DNA of 64,000 nucleotides from Desulfobacterales bacterium (GCA_030610995.1 JAUWQO010000003.1:732-64731); one strand, 5' to 3'; positions 44,620 to 53,964 are shown, counted from the stretch's first letter. Translations and numbers: made by a program. The notes: generated by a model from the sequence alone, not told the origin.

Positions 44620-46236
44620 ATGACTAAAGAATCAACCTCGAAAAGTGTAAACTACAAAATGAAGGATGCCCAACGTCCTATGACATTTAATAAAAAACCC
44701 TGCATGTTGATGATTCTGGACGGATGGGGAATCAACCCCAACCATGATGGAAACGCTGTTTATCTTGCCAAAACTCCCTGCCTGGACAGGCTGAAGAAAG
44801 AATATCCTAATACCACCCTCCTGTGTTTTGGCGAAGCTGTAGGACTTCCAAAAGGATTCATGGGTAACTCCGAGGTGGGGCATCTTAACATAGGTGCAGG
44901 CAGGATAGTCTATCAGAATTTACTTAGAATAAATACGGCAATTAATGATGGATCATTTTACGAAAATAAGGTGATAAGCTCAATAATGTCCAAAGTAAAG
45001 GCTAATAATTCTGCGCTTCATATGATGGGGCTTGTCTCAGACGGAGGCGTGCACAGCCATCTGAATCATCTGTTTGCCCTTCTAAATATGGCTAAACAAA
45101 AGGGGCTTAGCCGGGTTTATATACATGCCATAACCGATGGCCGCGACACACTGTCCGACAGCGGAGCAGGATATGTTAAAGATTTGCAGGATCATATCGA
45201 CTCTATCAATTTCGGCTCCATTGCGACCATTTGCGGCCGCTTTTATGCTATGGACAGGGACAGTAGATGGGACCGTACGGAAAAGGCTTTTCGCCTGTAC
45301 ACACTGGGTGAAGGAATAAAAGAAAAGGACCCTGTAGAAGCGATAAAAAATGCCTATTTGCGGGAGGAAACCGATGAATTTATCCGCCCAACCGTAATTA
45401 CAGGCAAGGATGATAATGCCCTGAAAATAATCGAAGATGGTGATGGAATTATATTTTTCAATTTTCGCGCCGACCGTGCCAGACAGATAACTCACGTCTT
45501 TACAGACCCGGTTTTTGATCCATTTAAAAGAGAACCATTGCCAAAGCTTTGCGAATATCTCTGCATGACCTTATACGATGAAGAGTTTAGTTTGCCTCTG
45601 GCCTTTCCCCCTGTTCATCTCGATAAAATCCTGGGACAGGTAATAAGCGAGCAGGGATTAAAGCAGCTCAGAATTGCGGAAACAGAAAAGTATGCCCATG
45701 TAACCTATTTTTTTAACGGCGGAGAAGAAAAGCCTTTTCCGCTCGAGGATCGATGTCTCATTCCATCGCCGCGCGAGGTGGCAACCTATGACTTAAAGCC
45801 GGAAATGAGCGCCCCTCTGGTGACTGAAGAGGTTATTTCACGCTTGCGATCAAATAGCTATGGCAGCTATGACCTGATTATTCTAAACTTTGCCAACATG
45901 GATATGGTGGGTCATACAGGGGTTCTTAAGGCTGCAATCAAAGCATGCGAAACAGTTGACAGATGTGTAAGGAAAATAGTCGATGAAATGCGGCTGATAG
46001 GCGGCGTTATTCTGATTATCGCAGATCACGGGAATGCAGAAGAAATGATAAATAAAAACGGTCACATCCATACCGCCCATACACTCAATCCTGTTCCTTT
46101 TATATTAGTTGACGATAATTACAAGGATGCTGAACTGAAATCCGGCATCCTTGCAGATGTTGCCCCTACCATCCTAAATATTTTAGGGATTGACAAACCA
46201 GAAGAGATGACCGGAAATTCTCTGATCCATAAATGA
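44620..46236 (+). CDS. gpmI: 2,3-bisphosphoglycerate-independent phosphoglycerate mutase
   Basis: LMILDGWG, NSEVGHLNIGAGR and ADHGNAE metal-binding signatures of iPGM. Confidence 0.9.
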   Translation: MTKESTSKSVNYKMKDAQRPMTFNKKPCMLMILDGWGINPNHDGNAVYLAKTPCLDRLKKEYPNTTLLCFGEAVGLPKGFMGNSEVGHLNIGAGRIVYQNLLRINTAINDGSFYENKVISSIMSKVKANNSALHMMGLVSDGGVHSHLNHLFALLNMAKQKGLSRVYIHAITDGRDTLSDSGAGYVKDLQDHIDSINFGSIATICGRFYAMDRDSRWDRTEKAFRLYTLGEGIKEKDPVEAIKNAYLREETDEFIRPTVITGKDDNALKIIEDGDGIIFFNFRADRARQITHVFTDPVFDPFKREPLPKLCEYLCMTLYDEEFSLPLAFPPVHLDKILGQVISEQGLKQLRIAETEKYAHVTYFFNGGEEKPFPLEDRCLIPSPREVATYDLKPEMSAPLVTEEVISRLRSNSYGSYDLIILNFANMDMVGHTGVLKAAIKACETVDRCVRKIVDEMRLIGGVILIIADHGNAEEMINKNGHIHTAHTLNPVPFILVDDNYKDAELKSGILADVAPTILNILGIDKPEEMTGNSLIHK

Positions 46237-46246
46237 GAAAAGATAA

Positions 46247-46969
46247 TCACAGGCCCGCAACCTCTTTGCCGCAGTGCTTGCAGATTTTGGCCCTCTTTTT
46301 GATTATTTCGGCGCAGAACGGACATTCCCGTGTATAATATTTTTCATGTATCTTTTTTATAGCTTCATCAACCTGTTTTTGAATAATCTCATTGCCGAAT
46401 TTTACATTTATTATGAGATCGAGCGCCTCCAGCCCTCCAATGTCACCGATCATTTCGGCTGCTTTAAGCCTGACCTTTGCAGGCTCTGTTGCATCTAAAA
46501 GCAGCCTTAATACCGTGACAGCATCCTTTTCTACATAACAGCCGGCAAGAATTGAAAACCCTTTCTTTATAGCCTCTTTCAACACCTCCTCTTGCATAAG
46601 GACCTGTTCATCAATAACCTGCCCTGCTCCGCCCAATTTACCGAATACCGGCATACATTCGAACTTCCCTGAACTGGGATAACACATGCACCTGTAAGAA
46701 GCTTTATGGCCATAATCCTCCTCCACTTTATCCCACCCCTTGGTATATAATGGGCATTCATCATTAAAACATACAAACAGGTAAGGTTCGCCCCATCCAA
46801 GGCCATCGCCCATAGGAATAGAAGGCACCTCCCATAAAGTCATCTCTTTGCCGCAGTGAGGACATTTTGGTTTTTCCTGATCTAATATCTTTTCTAAAAC
46901 TTGTTCCTTTGTTTCAAAAGTCATTGGTTTTCCTCTAAGATTGATGGTTTTGTAAATTGAGCTTTTCAC
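46247..46969 (-). CDS. Zinc-ribbon protein with HEAT-like helical repeat region
   Basis: CPHCGKEM...C..C near the N-terminus and CPFCAEIIKKRAKICKHCGKE at the C-terminus. Function not recognised. Confidence 0.4.
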   Translation of the reverse strand: MKSSIYKTINLRGKPMTFETKEQVLEKILDQEKPKCPHCGKEMTLWEVPSIPMGDGLGWGEPYLFVCFNDECPLYTKGWDKVEEDYGHKASYRCMCYPSSGKFECMPVFGKLGGAGQVIDEQVLMQEEVLKEAIKKGFSILAGCYVEKDAVTVLRLLLDATEPAKVRLKAAEMIGDIGGLEALDLIINVKFGNEIIQKQVDEAIKKIHEKYYTRECPFCAEIIKKRAKICKHCGKEVAGL

Positions 46970-47095
46970 TCAATTGAGATTACATACATTCTTCGATCAA
47001 CCAGGTCAATAATAATAACTCAGGTTTCGCACCCTTAATTTCTATCAATGACAAGGCCGTAAAGGATTAAAAACCGGCGACAACGAAGAAAAATT

Positions 47096-47128
47096 TTGAC
47101 ATATAAATACCCCTGCAGTATATACTGC
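47096..47128 (+). promoter_or_regulatory. Sigma-70-type promoter candidate with overlapping 14-bp palindrome
   Basis: TTGACA (47096-47101), 17-nt spacer, TATATA (47119-47124). The perfect palindrome GCAGTATATACTGC at 47115-47128 covers the -10. Confidence 0.35.
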
Positions 47129-47157
47129 GAGGGCATTTTATATATAGGCTGCATATT

Positions 47158-47373
47158 ATGAAAAAATTTGTCTTGCCGGCTACAATTCTGATATTAATAT
47201 TCCTGTCTTTTATCACCCTCAACCCGGAAACCTCCATTGCCAAAGGAATTGGCAGCTCAAGTCAATGTGTTAATTGCCATACAAACGTATCGAAACTGAT
47301 CCGTCTTAGCTGGGAGATCGAAAAGATCAGGCCAAAACCAGGCAAATCCGCTAAAACATCCGGGGAAGGGTGA
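47158..47373 (+). CDS. Small secreted c-type cytochrome-like protein (possibly continuing through TGA to 47427)
   Basis: Signal peptide MKKFVLPATILILIFLSFITLNPETSIA and one CxxCH (CVNCH). A second in-frame CxxCH (CETCH) lies after the TGA. Confidence 0.5.
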   Translation: MKKFVLPATILILIFLSFITLNPETSIAKGIGSSSQCVNCHTNVSKLIRLSWEIEKIRPKPGKSAKTSGEG

Positions 47374-47455
47374 GGCGAACACAGGGAAATTGCATGCGAA
47401 ACTTGCCACGGCAATACCGGTGAGTAACCATTAACAACAAAAGGAGGGATTAATT

Positions 47456-47818
47456 ATGAACATTGCGATTTTGGCTTGCAAAAACATCAAGGATGAAAGC
47501 TGTTTTGGCTGTCATAAGTGCCTGATGGCTTTTGACAAGAGAGAAGGCGAATTTGAAAGATACAAGGATACAGATGCTAAACTCAGGGCTATACTCCATT
47601 GCGGTGGATGTCCAGGCATGTCTCCGGTGGTTCGATTGGCCAATCTGAAGTGCTGGATGGCGCCCGCAGGGGAAACTATTGATGTTGTGCATATAGGGAC
47701 ATGTTTGTTAGACAATTGTCCCTATGGAGATACTATTATCAAGAAAGTTAAGGCCAAAGCAGGAGTTGAAGTTATTGAAGGCGCCCATCCCTACCGGCCG
47801 GATAAAATATTCGGGTAA
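47456..47818 (+). CDS. CGGC-domain protein
   Basis: 120 aa with CFGCHKC and HCGGCPG cysteine motifs characteristic of the CGGC domain. Confidence 0.7.
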   Translation: MNIAILACKNIKDESCFGCHKCLMAFDKREGEFERYKDTDAKLRAILHCGGCPGMSPVVRLANLKCWMAPAGETIDVVHIGTCLLDNCPYGDTIIKKVKAKAGVEVIEGAHPYRPDKIFG

Positions 47819-47845
47819 CTTCATTCAAGGAAAGGAGGAAAGAAA

Positions 47846-48427
47846 ATGAAGCACGTTAAAAAGACATTGGTACTATCATTGGCTATGGTTTTTGTTTTAA
47901 GCGGACTTGCCTTTGCAGGATTTGCATACAAGGCAAAAAAGGCCCATATCGGTGGCGATCTCACGCCTTCACAGGCCTTTGAGATGATCGAGAAAGATCC
48001 TGATCATACCTTTCTGGTTGATTCCAGAACCCGTGCCGAATATCAATTGATCGGTCATCCCAAAGGAGCCTTCAATATCCCTTTGAAATTCTGGACAGGC
48101 AAGTTCGGAGAAAAAAAGTATGGAATGACCGCTAATCCGAATTTTGGCAAGGATCTTCTGGCCCGGTTCAATCCAAAGACCGACACATTGTTATTTATGT
48201 GCCGGAGCGGCAGCAGGAGCTGCGCCGCATGCAACGAGGCAGTTAAGGCGGGATTTGCCGAAGACAAGGTGTTTAATATAATGGGCGGTTTTCAAGGTGG
48301 CAAGGTAAAATGCAACTCAAGCGCCTATTGCGGCCAGCGCAAGCTTGGCGGCTGGCGTAATGAAGGCCTCTCCTGGACCTATAGCATAGATAAACAACTG
48401 GTCTATCAACCTGATCTTGCAAAATAG
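47846..48427 (+). CDS. Secreted rhodanese-domain sulfurtransferase
   Basis: Signal peptide (LAMVFVLSGLAFA) and the active-site loop CRSGSRS. Confidence 0.75.
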   Translation: MKHVKKTLVLSLAMVFVLSGLAFAGFAYKAKKAHIGGDLTPSQAFEMIEKDPDHTFLVDSRTRAEYQLIGHPKGAFNIPLKFWTGKFGEKKYGMTANPNFGKDLLARFNPKTDTLLFMCRSGSRSCAACNEAVKAGFAEDKVFNIMGGFQGGKVKCNSSAYCGQRKLGGWRNEGLSWTYSIDKQLVYQPDLAK

Positions 48428-48523
48428 GTAGCCGTTCACGGCTTGAAACTTGAAATTGGAAAGTAGAAATTTGGGAGACCTGTCTGCGTGCGGGCACGCA
48501 CAGGCAGGGATGAAACGAGTAAA

Positions 48524-48554
48524 GGCTCACACTGACACAGTGTGGGCCTTTTTT
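48524..48554 (+). terminator. Rho-independent terminator after the rhodanese gene
   Basis: GGCTCACACTG-ACA-CAGTGTGGGCC, an 11-bp stem with one G-T pair, followed by TTTTTT. Confidence 0.7.
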
Positions 48555-48632
48555 ATGGAGCGCCTGCCGGCATCTCCGGCAGTCCAAAAAATAATCTTGC
48601 CAAAAAATCGAAGCAATGCGATAATTTTTAAG

Positions 48633-49514
48633 ATGGAACGTATTGCAGAACAAGACAGGTTTCGCCAGATCAGCAGGGTCTTATGGATTGTCTTGATCCT
48701 GAACTTTGGCGTTGCGGCTGCCAAGCTGTTCTGTGGTTGGTTAACGAATAGCGCCAGTATCATGGCAGATGGCTATCATTCATTCTCTGACGGTTCATCC
48801 AATGTTATCGGCCTGATAGGCATATGGATGGCTTCCAGACCTAAAGATGAGCGCCATCCTTACGGTCATGCCAAGTATGAGAGCCTTGCCTCAGCAGGCA
48901 TTGCGCTGCTCCTCTTTCTGGTCTGTTTCAATGTTCTAAGCGACTCGATAGAACGATTCTCGCATCCTATCCAGCCCAAAATTGACAGGGTAAGCTTCGT
49001 AGTCATGGGGATTACTTTGCTGATTAATATTGTCGTTATGCTATATGAGCGCAATAAGGGCCGGTTGCTCCAAAGTCAAATATTGATATCCGACTCAGTC
49101 CACACCGCGGCAGACATCTTTACAACCTCTTCCGTAATACTCGGCCTTTTAGTCATCCGGGCCGGATATCCCATCGTTGATCCTATAATAGCATTTTTAA
49201 TCAGCATATTCATCGGTTACGCGGGAATCAAGATCTTTACAACAAGCTTCAACATATTAGTCGATTCGGCGGCTGTGGATAAGGAACAGATAAAAGCCAT
49301 AGCCTTGGCTATAAACGGCATTGAAAATTGCCACAAAATAAGAAGCCGGGGTTGGGAGGGGAATATCCACGTTGACATGCATTGTCAAATCAAACGCCAT
49401 ACGTCTTTAGAGAAGGCTCACAACATAGCTCATTTAGTCGAAGATAAAATCAAGGAAAATATCCATGGCATTAAGGATGTCACCATCCACATAGAACCAT
49501 ACATGGATAAATAA
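48633..49514 (+). CDS. Cation diffusion facilitator family transporter
   Basis: Start taken at MERIAEQD (ATG 48633) because the longer track ORF (48450) spans the terminator. CDF signature SASIMADGYHSFSDGSSN, six TM segments and a C-terminal cytoplasmic domain. Confidence 0.85.
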   Translation: MERIAEQDRFRQISRVLWIVLILNFGVAAAKLFCGWLTNSASIMADGYHSFSDGSSNVIGLIGIWMASRPKDERHPYGHAKYESLASAGIALLLFLVCFNVLSDSIERFSHPIQPKIDRVSFVVMGITLLINIVVMLYERNKGRLLQSQILISDSVHTAADIFTTSSVILGLLVIRAGYPIVDPIIAFLISIFIGYAGIKIFTTSFNILVDSAAVDKEQIKAIALAINGIENCHKIRSRGWEGNIHVDMHCQIKRHTSLEKAHNIAHLVEDKIKENIHGIKDVTIHIEPYMDK

Positions 49515-49545
49515 AAAAACAAAGCCCTGAAGGACAAAATCATAT

Positions 49546-51408
49546 ATGGCCGACCGCCTGAAACCCATTGTTTTAGTTTCCACTCCATGGCCCCTTTATA
49601 GCCGGCCATCGATTCAGCTTGGAGCATTAAAGGCCTATTTGAAATCCGAGTTTCCGGAACTGCAAATAAAGGCGCTTCACCTGTATTTAAAGGTGGCGGA
49701 AAGAATTGGCCGCAAACTTTATCATGAAATTTCGGAAAGGACATGGCCCGCGGAATCAATATATGCGGCCCTGTTATTTCCTGAGCAGATTAATGAAATT
49801 AAAAAGGTTTTTTATCACGAGGCGAAAAACAATATAGGGCTTCGAAAAACCGACTTTGATGCTCTCACAGTCGTAGTCAAAGAAGCATCCGACAACATGA
49901 TAAAGGCCATAGACTGGGGTAAATTCGGGCTCGCGGGTTTTTCAATCTGTCTTTGTCAACTCACATCCTCCCTTTATTTTATCAAAAAAATTAAAAAAAG
50001 CTTTCCGAATCTTCGTATAGTGACAGGCGGCTCAATGTTTACCGGAGATACGATCTTTCAACTGCTTGAGACATTCAGCGAGATAGACCATGTAGTTAGC
50101 GGCGAAGGTGAGCTGCCTATGGCCGGATTAATTCGCTATTTAATGAAATCTGACAGCCCTAACAAAACACCTTCTATTCCCGGACTTGTATCAAGAAACG
50201 GTTCCCGAATAATCGGTGATATTTCCTTTAATCAAATAAAGGATCTAACCTCATTGCCCCCGCCCGATTATGATGATTACTTTGATTTGCTTAAAACAGT
50301 TAGCCCGGGCAAAACCTTTTTTCCGACTCTGTGTGCCGAAATTTCCAGAGGCTGCTGGTGGAAATCTCACAAAAAATCAAACCAATCGAAAAAACAAAGA
50401 GGCTGCGCCTTTTGCAATCTTAACCTTCAGTGGAACGGCTACAGAAAAAAAGGGATCAGGCAGGTTGTCTCTGAAATTGACTATCTGACAAAAAGGCATA
50501 AAAGCCTGTCTATCGCCTTCATGGATAATATGCTTCCGTTGAGGGAGGGCAAGGAAATATTTTTATGCGTTTATAAACTGGGCAAAGATCTGCGTCTGTT
50601 TGCAGAGATACGGGCAACCACGTCATATGAGGTGTTAAAAGCCATGCGCTCAGCCGGTGTTGAAGAGGTCCAGATAGGAATTGAGGCATTAAGCAGCCAG
50701 CTTCTTAAAAAGTTTAATAAGGGAACCACCTGCATCCAGAATCTGGAAGTAATGAAAAATTGCGAGGAGTTAGGCATTGCCGACATATCAAACCTGATCC
50801 TTTGCTTTCCAGGAAGCGATATAACCGATGTAAAGGAAACCTTGCGCTCCCTTGATTTTGCATTCCCTTTTCGCCCTTTAAGGATCGTTAGCTTCTGGTT
50901 AGGGCTTGGAAGCCCTGTCTGGGATAACCGGCGCGCCTTTGGCCTTACAGCGGTTTTTAACCACCCCAACTATGCGGCATTATTTCCACCAAATGTTTTC
51001 CAATCGATTAGTTTCATGATACAGTCCTTTAGAGGGGATCGTGGATATCAGAAAAAACTGTGGCAACCTGTTAAGAAAAAGGTAAAAGCCTGGAAAAAGG
51101 CGTATGCCAAACTCCACGGCAATCTTTCATATTCGCCGATTCTCAGCTTTCGTGACGGAGGCGATTTTTTGATTATCCGTCAGAAACGCCCGGAGGAGGA
51201 TCCGCTGACCCATCGTGTGAACGGAATCTACAGAGATATATACCTTTTTTGCCGGACCAATCGTTCGGTAAAACGTATTATAGCCAATTTCCCGCAGATA
51301 AGTGAAGACAGGATTATAAAATTTTTAAAGATGATGAAGGACAAGAAATTAATATACGAAGAAAACAGCATATACTTAAGCCTTGCTGTCAGAGTGCGAA
51401 AGGAATAG
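49546..51408 (+). CDS. B12-binding-domain radical SAM protein, RiPP-maturase-like subfamily
   Basis: The N-terminus IVLVSTPWPLYSRPSIQLGALKAYLK and the cluster region SRGCWWKSHKKSNQSKKQRGCAFCNLN resemble the GCWWG...CTFCGLN signature of the rSAM_ocin_1 type, with an insertion. Confidence 0.7.
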   Translation: MADRLKPIVLVSTPWPLYSRPSIQLGALKAYLKSEFPELQIKALHLYLKVAERIGRKLYHEISERTWPAESIYAALLFPEQINEIKKVFYHEAKNNIGLRKTDFDALTVVVKEASDNMIKAIDWGKFGLAGFSICLCQLTSSLYFIKKIKKSFPNLRIVTGGSMFTGDTIFQLLETFSEIDHVVSGEGELPMAGLIRYLMKSDSPNKTPSIPGLVSRNGSRIIGDISFNQIKDLTSLPPPDYDDYFDLLKTVSPGKTFFPTLCAEISRGCWWKSHKKSNQSKKQRGCAFCNLNLQWNGYRKKGIRQVVSEIDYLTKRHKSLSIAFMDNMLPLREGKEIFLCVYKLGKDLRLFAEIRATTSYEVLKAMRSAGVEEVQIGIEALSSQLLKKFNKGTTCIQNLEVMKNCEELGIADISNLILCFPGSDITDVKETLRSLDFAFPFRPLRIVSFWLGLGSPVWDNRRAFGLTAVFNHPNYAALFPPNVFQSISFMIQSFRGDRGYQKKLWQPVKKKVKAWKKAYAKLHGNLSYSPILSFRDGGDFLIIRQKRPEEDPLTHRVNGIYRDIYLFCRTNRSVKRIIANFPQISEDRIIKFLKMMKDKKLIYEENSIYLSLAVRVRKE

Positions 51409-51413
51409 AGAAA

Positions 51414-52487
51414 ATGATTAAAAACTTTCAGGCAAACTGTCTTCCGGTTTTGATCGGAAGCCTTCCAATGGATAGCCATGCGGAAGCTATAAAGCTTGTT
51501 TATAAATATACTCCTGAAATACCACTATGGGTTCAATTGCCTGTTTTTAAAGAGGAAGGAATGCTGTCTCAATTTCTGCCGGGAATGCCCGGTCTAACCA
51601 TTGAAAATGACAAATCCTTTATAGACACTGCCGGCAATAATTTTGATAACGAACTTGTTTCATTCTACGAAGATTACATAGCTGTAACTGAAGGCATGGC
51701 CGATCTTTTATCGTCGCGATTTGTCCTTACAACCGATACAGCTAAGGGGTTTTTTGAATTAATAAAACAGACTAAGACTTTTCCCGACCCTCTGATTGCA
51801 GTCAAAGGGCAAATCACAGGCCCAATAACATTTTGCACAGGTGTAAACGATCAAAATGGAAGGGCTATTTTTTATAACGAGCAGATAAGGGACGCTGCCG
51901 TAAAGCTATTGGCCATGAAAAGCAAATGGCAGGTCAGGCAGCTTTCTCAATTCGGATGTCCGGTGATGATTTTTTTCGATGAGCCTGCCATTGCCGGATT
52001 CGGATCATCTGCATTTATCAGCATATCACGTGATGAGGTTTTAAAATGCTTTGAAGAAACCTTTGAAGCGGTACACTCCGAAGGCGGCCTTGTTGGAATA
52101 CATGTCTGTGCCAATGCAGACTGGTCGCTGGTTATGGAATCTTCCGCAGATATTGTCAGCTTTGATGCTTATTCCTTTTTTGACAGGTTCATTCTTTACC
52201 CTGAGCAAATTAAGAGGTTTATGGATTCGGGCCGCATCTTGGCATGGGGGATTGTGCCGACCTCAAATGCTGAAGATATTGACAGAGAAACAACCGATTC
52301 ACTAATATCAAAATGGGAGAATAAGGCTGCTCAAATAGAGCTGATAGGCATTGACAGGTCGCAAATACTGGCCCAGTCCCTTATAACTCCGAGTTGCGGA
52401 ACAGGCTCACTGAACATAGAACATGCAATAAAGGTGCTTGATTTAACAAAAGAGGTTTCAAAGGAGTTAAGAAATAAAATAAGGTGA
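51414..52487 (+). CDS. MetE-C-terminal-like / URO-D-like zinc methyltransferase-fold protein
   Basis: GIHVCAN and ITPSCGTGS segments sit where the cobalamin-independent methionine synthase family places its His/Cys zinc ligands. Only 5 nt downstream of the radical SAM gene. Confidence 0.5.
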   Translation: MIKNFQANCLPVLIGSLPMDSHAEAIKLVYKYTPEIPLWVQLPVFKEEGMLSQFLPGMPGLTIENDKSFIDTAGNNFDNELVSFYEDYIAVTEGMADLLSSRFVLTTDTAKGFFELIKQTKTFPDPLIAVKGQITGPITFCTGVNDQNGRAIFYNEQIRDAAVKLLAMKSKWQVRQLSQFGCPVMIFFDEPAIAGFGSSAFISISRDEVLKCFEETFEAVHSEGGLVGIHVCANADWSLVMESSADIVSFDAYSFFDRFILYPEQIKRFMDSGRILAWGIVPTSNAEDIDRETTDSLISKWENKAAQIELIGIDRSQILAQSLITPSCGTGSLNIEHAIKVLDLTKEVSKELRNKIR

Positions 52488-52488
52488 C

Positions 52489-52657
52489 AGTTCAGCCACC
52501 AAGACACAAAGGCATAAAGGAAAGACATATTTTTCAAAACCTTATATGAAAGGAAGAATTCATTCCCTAAAAAAATTACAGATATTGCTTTTTACTGTGC
52601 ATAAGAAATAAATAACCATTTTAGAATCTTAGTGTCTTTGTGACTTTGTGGCTGACC
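52489..52657. repeat. Word-repeat cassette, CACAAAG family copy B (inverted relative to copy A)
   Basis: Left arm GTTCAGCCACCAAGACACAAAGGCATAAAGGAAAGACATATTTTTCAAAACC. Right arm CATTTTAGAATCTTAGTGTCTTTGTGACTTTGTGGCTGACC, nearly identical to the reverse complement of the left arm of copy A. Confidence 0.65.
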
Positions 52658-52680
52658 TATTATAAAATAAGGAGGAAACA

Positions 52681-52917
52681 ATGAGTGAGATAAGGATGTA
52701 CGGAGAAATTCGCACTGATTACGATTGTGAAACCACGGGCCTTCCGGCAGAAAGATGGGGAGAAGCGGTATTCAAGGTTGGAGATGAAGATATTGCCCTG
52801 GAAGTAAGCGTGGAAGAAAATGTAATAGTGTCGATAATGGCAGGAGATGATGCTATGTGGAAGGGCACTCTCGAAGGCTTAAAGAAGATGCTTAAAGGTG
52901 AAATCAAGGCCGGATAG
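52681..52917 (+). CDS. Hypothetical small acidic protein
   Basis: 78-aa ORF with a strong SD (AAGGAGGAAACAATG). No recognisable motif. Confidence 0.4.
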   Translation: MSEIRMYGEIRTDYDCETTGLPAERWGEAVFKVGDEDIALEVSVEENVIVSIMAGDDAMWKGTLEGLKKMLKGEIKAG

Positions 52918-53025
52918 GGCGGGTGCCGGATGAAAACTGATCAACGATTATTTCGTAAAATTTTCTCTGTTGCAATGGCGAAAGGAGTTCCTTGGAAGTA
53001 CGGGGCAGATTTTTCACGCGGCAAC

Positions 53026-53964
53026 TCAGGATTGTCCATGTTGAAAGTCCCCGATGTTTTCTTCCTGTGTTAAGTTTACCTCTTTGACAAATGATTTTAA
53101 TGAAACCGGAAGTCTTGCAAAATCCATGGTTAGAGGAGAAACCAGGGGTTCCTGACCGTTTTCCTTTAATATTTTTTGCCCTTGCGGGCCTACAACCAGT
53201 CTAATAAATTCCAGGGCCTTATCATAATTAAGGCTATTAGTTAGCGCTGAAATCCCGTAAATCATTGCTTTACCATTTATAGTAATAAGAGAATCAGGTT
53301 TTTTCCCTGCTATCCTTATAGAAACCCGGCTATAAAACTGATTATATTCAGGCGAGCTAAGATTGATATTCTGAGGCAAGAGCAGATGTAAAATATCTCT
53401 TTGTGCGGCAACTGAACGGTACAAAAAAAGATAATCTAACCTCCTTTCATTAAATGCTAACAGGGCTCCTTTCTCTCCATCAAAAACATGGCTATTTTGA
53501 CAATGCAGCTTTAACGAATTGTAAAGTAAAGGTGTTTTATAATACTTTTCGGCTAACTTCCACATAAGTAAAGTTCTATAGCCGCAAGGATCTTTGTTAG
53601 GATTCGTATAACCAAAACACACATTATTTCTAAGTAGTGTTTCCGGCCAATTTTGTATATTGATATGATCTGAATACCTGCTATCCTTTCTGTATAGAAT
53701 TACCATTTCATTGCTGGTAAATTGTATGTTCCAGGATATATATTCAGATTTTAAAAAATCATCAATTATCTGATAATCAGCCAGGGCGATGACATCGCAA
53801 GGCTTGTGCTCCTCTATAATCCATCTTGCACAAGTTTGGCTTCCAGCCGCCTCTAAACGCACTTCAAATTCAGGATTTGCCTTTTCAAAGACCTTTACTA
53901 TCTGCCCAAATGGAACAGTCAAGCTTCCTGCAATGAATACAGTAAGTTTTTTTCTTTGATTCAT
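53026..53964 (-). CDS. WtpA/ModA-like tungstate/molybdate-binding protein homolog
   Basis: VFIAGSLTVPF...AAGSQTCARWI...DVIALADY...NPNKDPCGYRT pattern of WtpA-type oxyanion-binding proteins. No obvious signal peptide and no adjacent permease or ATPase. Confidence 0.65.
   Translation of the reverse strand: MNQRKKLTVFIAGSLTVPFGQIVKVFEKANPEFEVRLEAAGSQTCARWIIEEHKPCDVIALADYQIIDDFLKSEYISWNIQFTSNEMVILYRKDSRYSDHINIQNWPETLLRNNVCFGYTNPNKDPCGYRTLLMWKLAEKYYKTPLLYNSLKLHCQNSHVFDGEKGALLAFNERRLDYLFLYRSVAAQRDILHLLLPQNINLSSPEYNQFYSRVSIRIAGKKPDSLITINGKAMIYGISALTNSLNYDKALEFIRLVVGPQGQKILKENGQEPLVSPLTMDFARLPVSLKSFVKEVNLTQEENIGDFQHGQS

Noticed and set aside
48450-48632. Upstream extension of the CDF transporter ORF
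   Set aside because: The extension spans the strong rho-independent terminator at 48524-48554. CDF-like sequence begins at the ATG at 48633.
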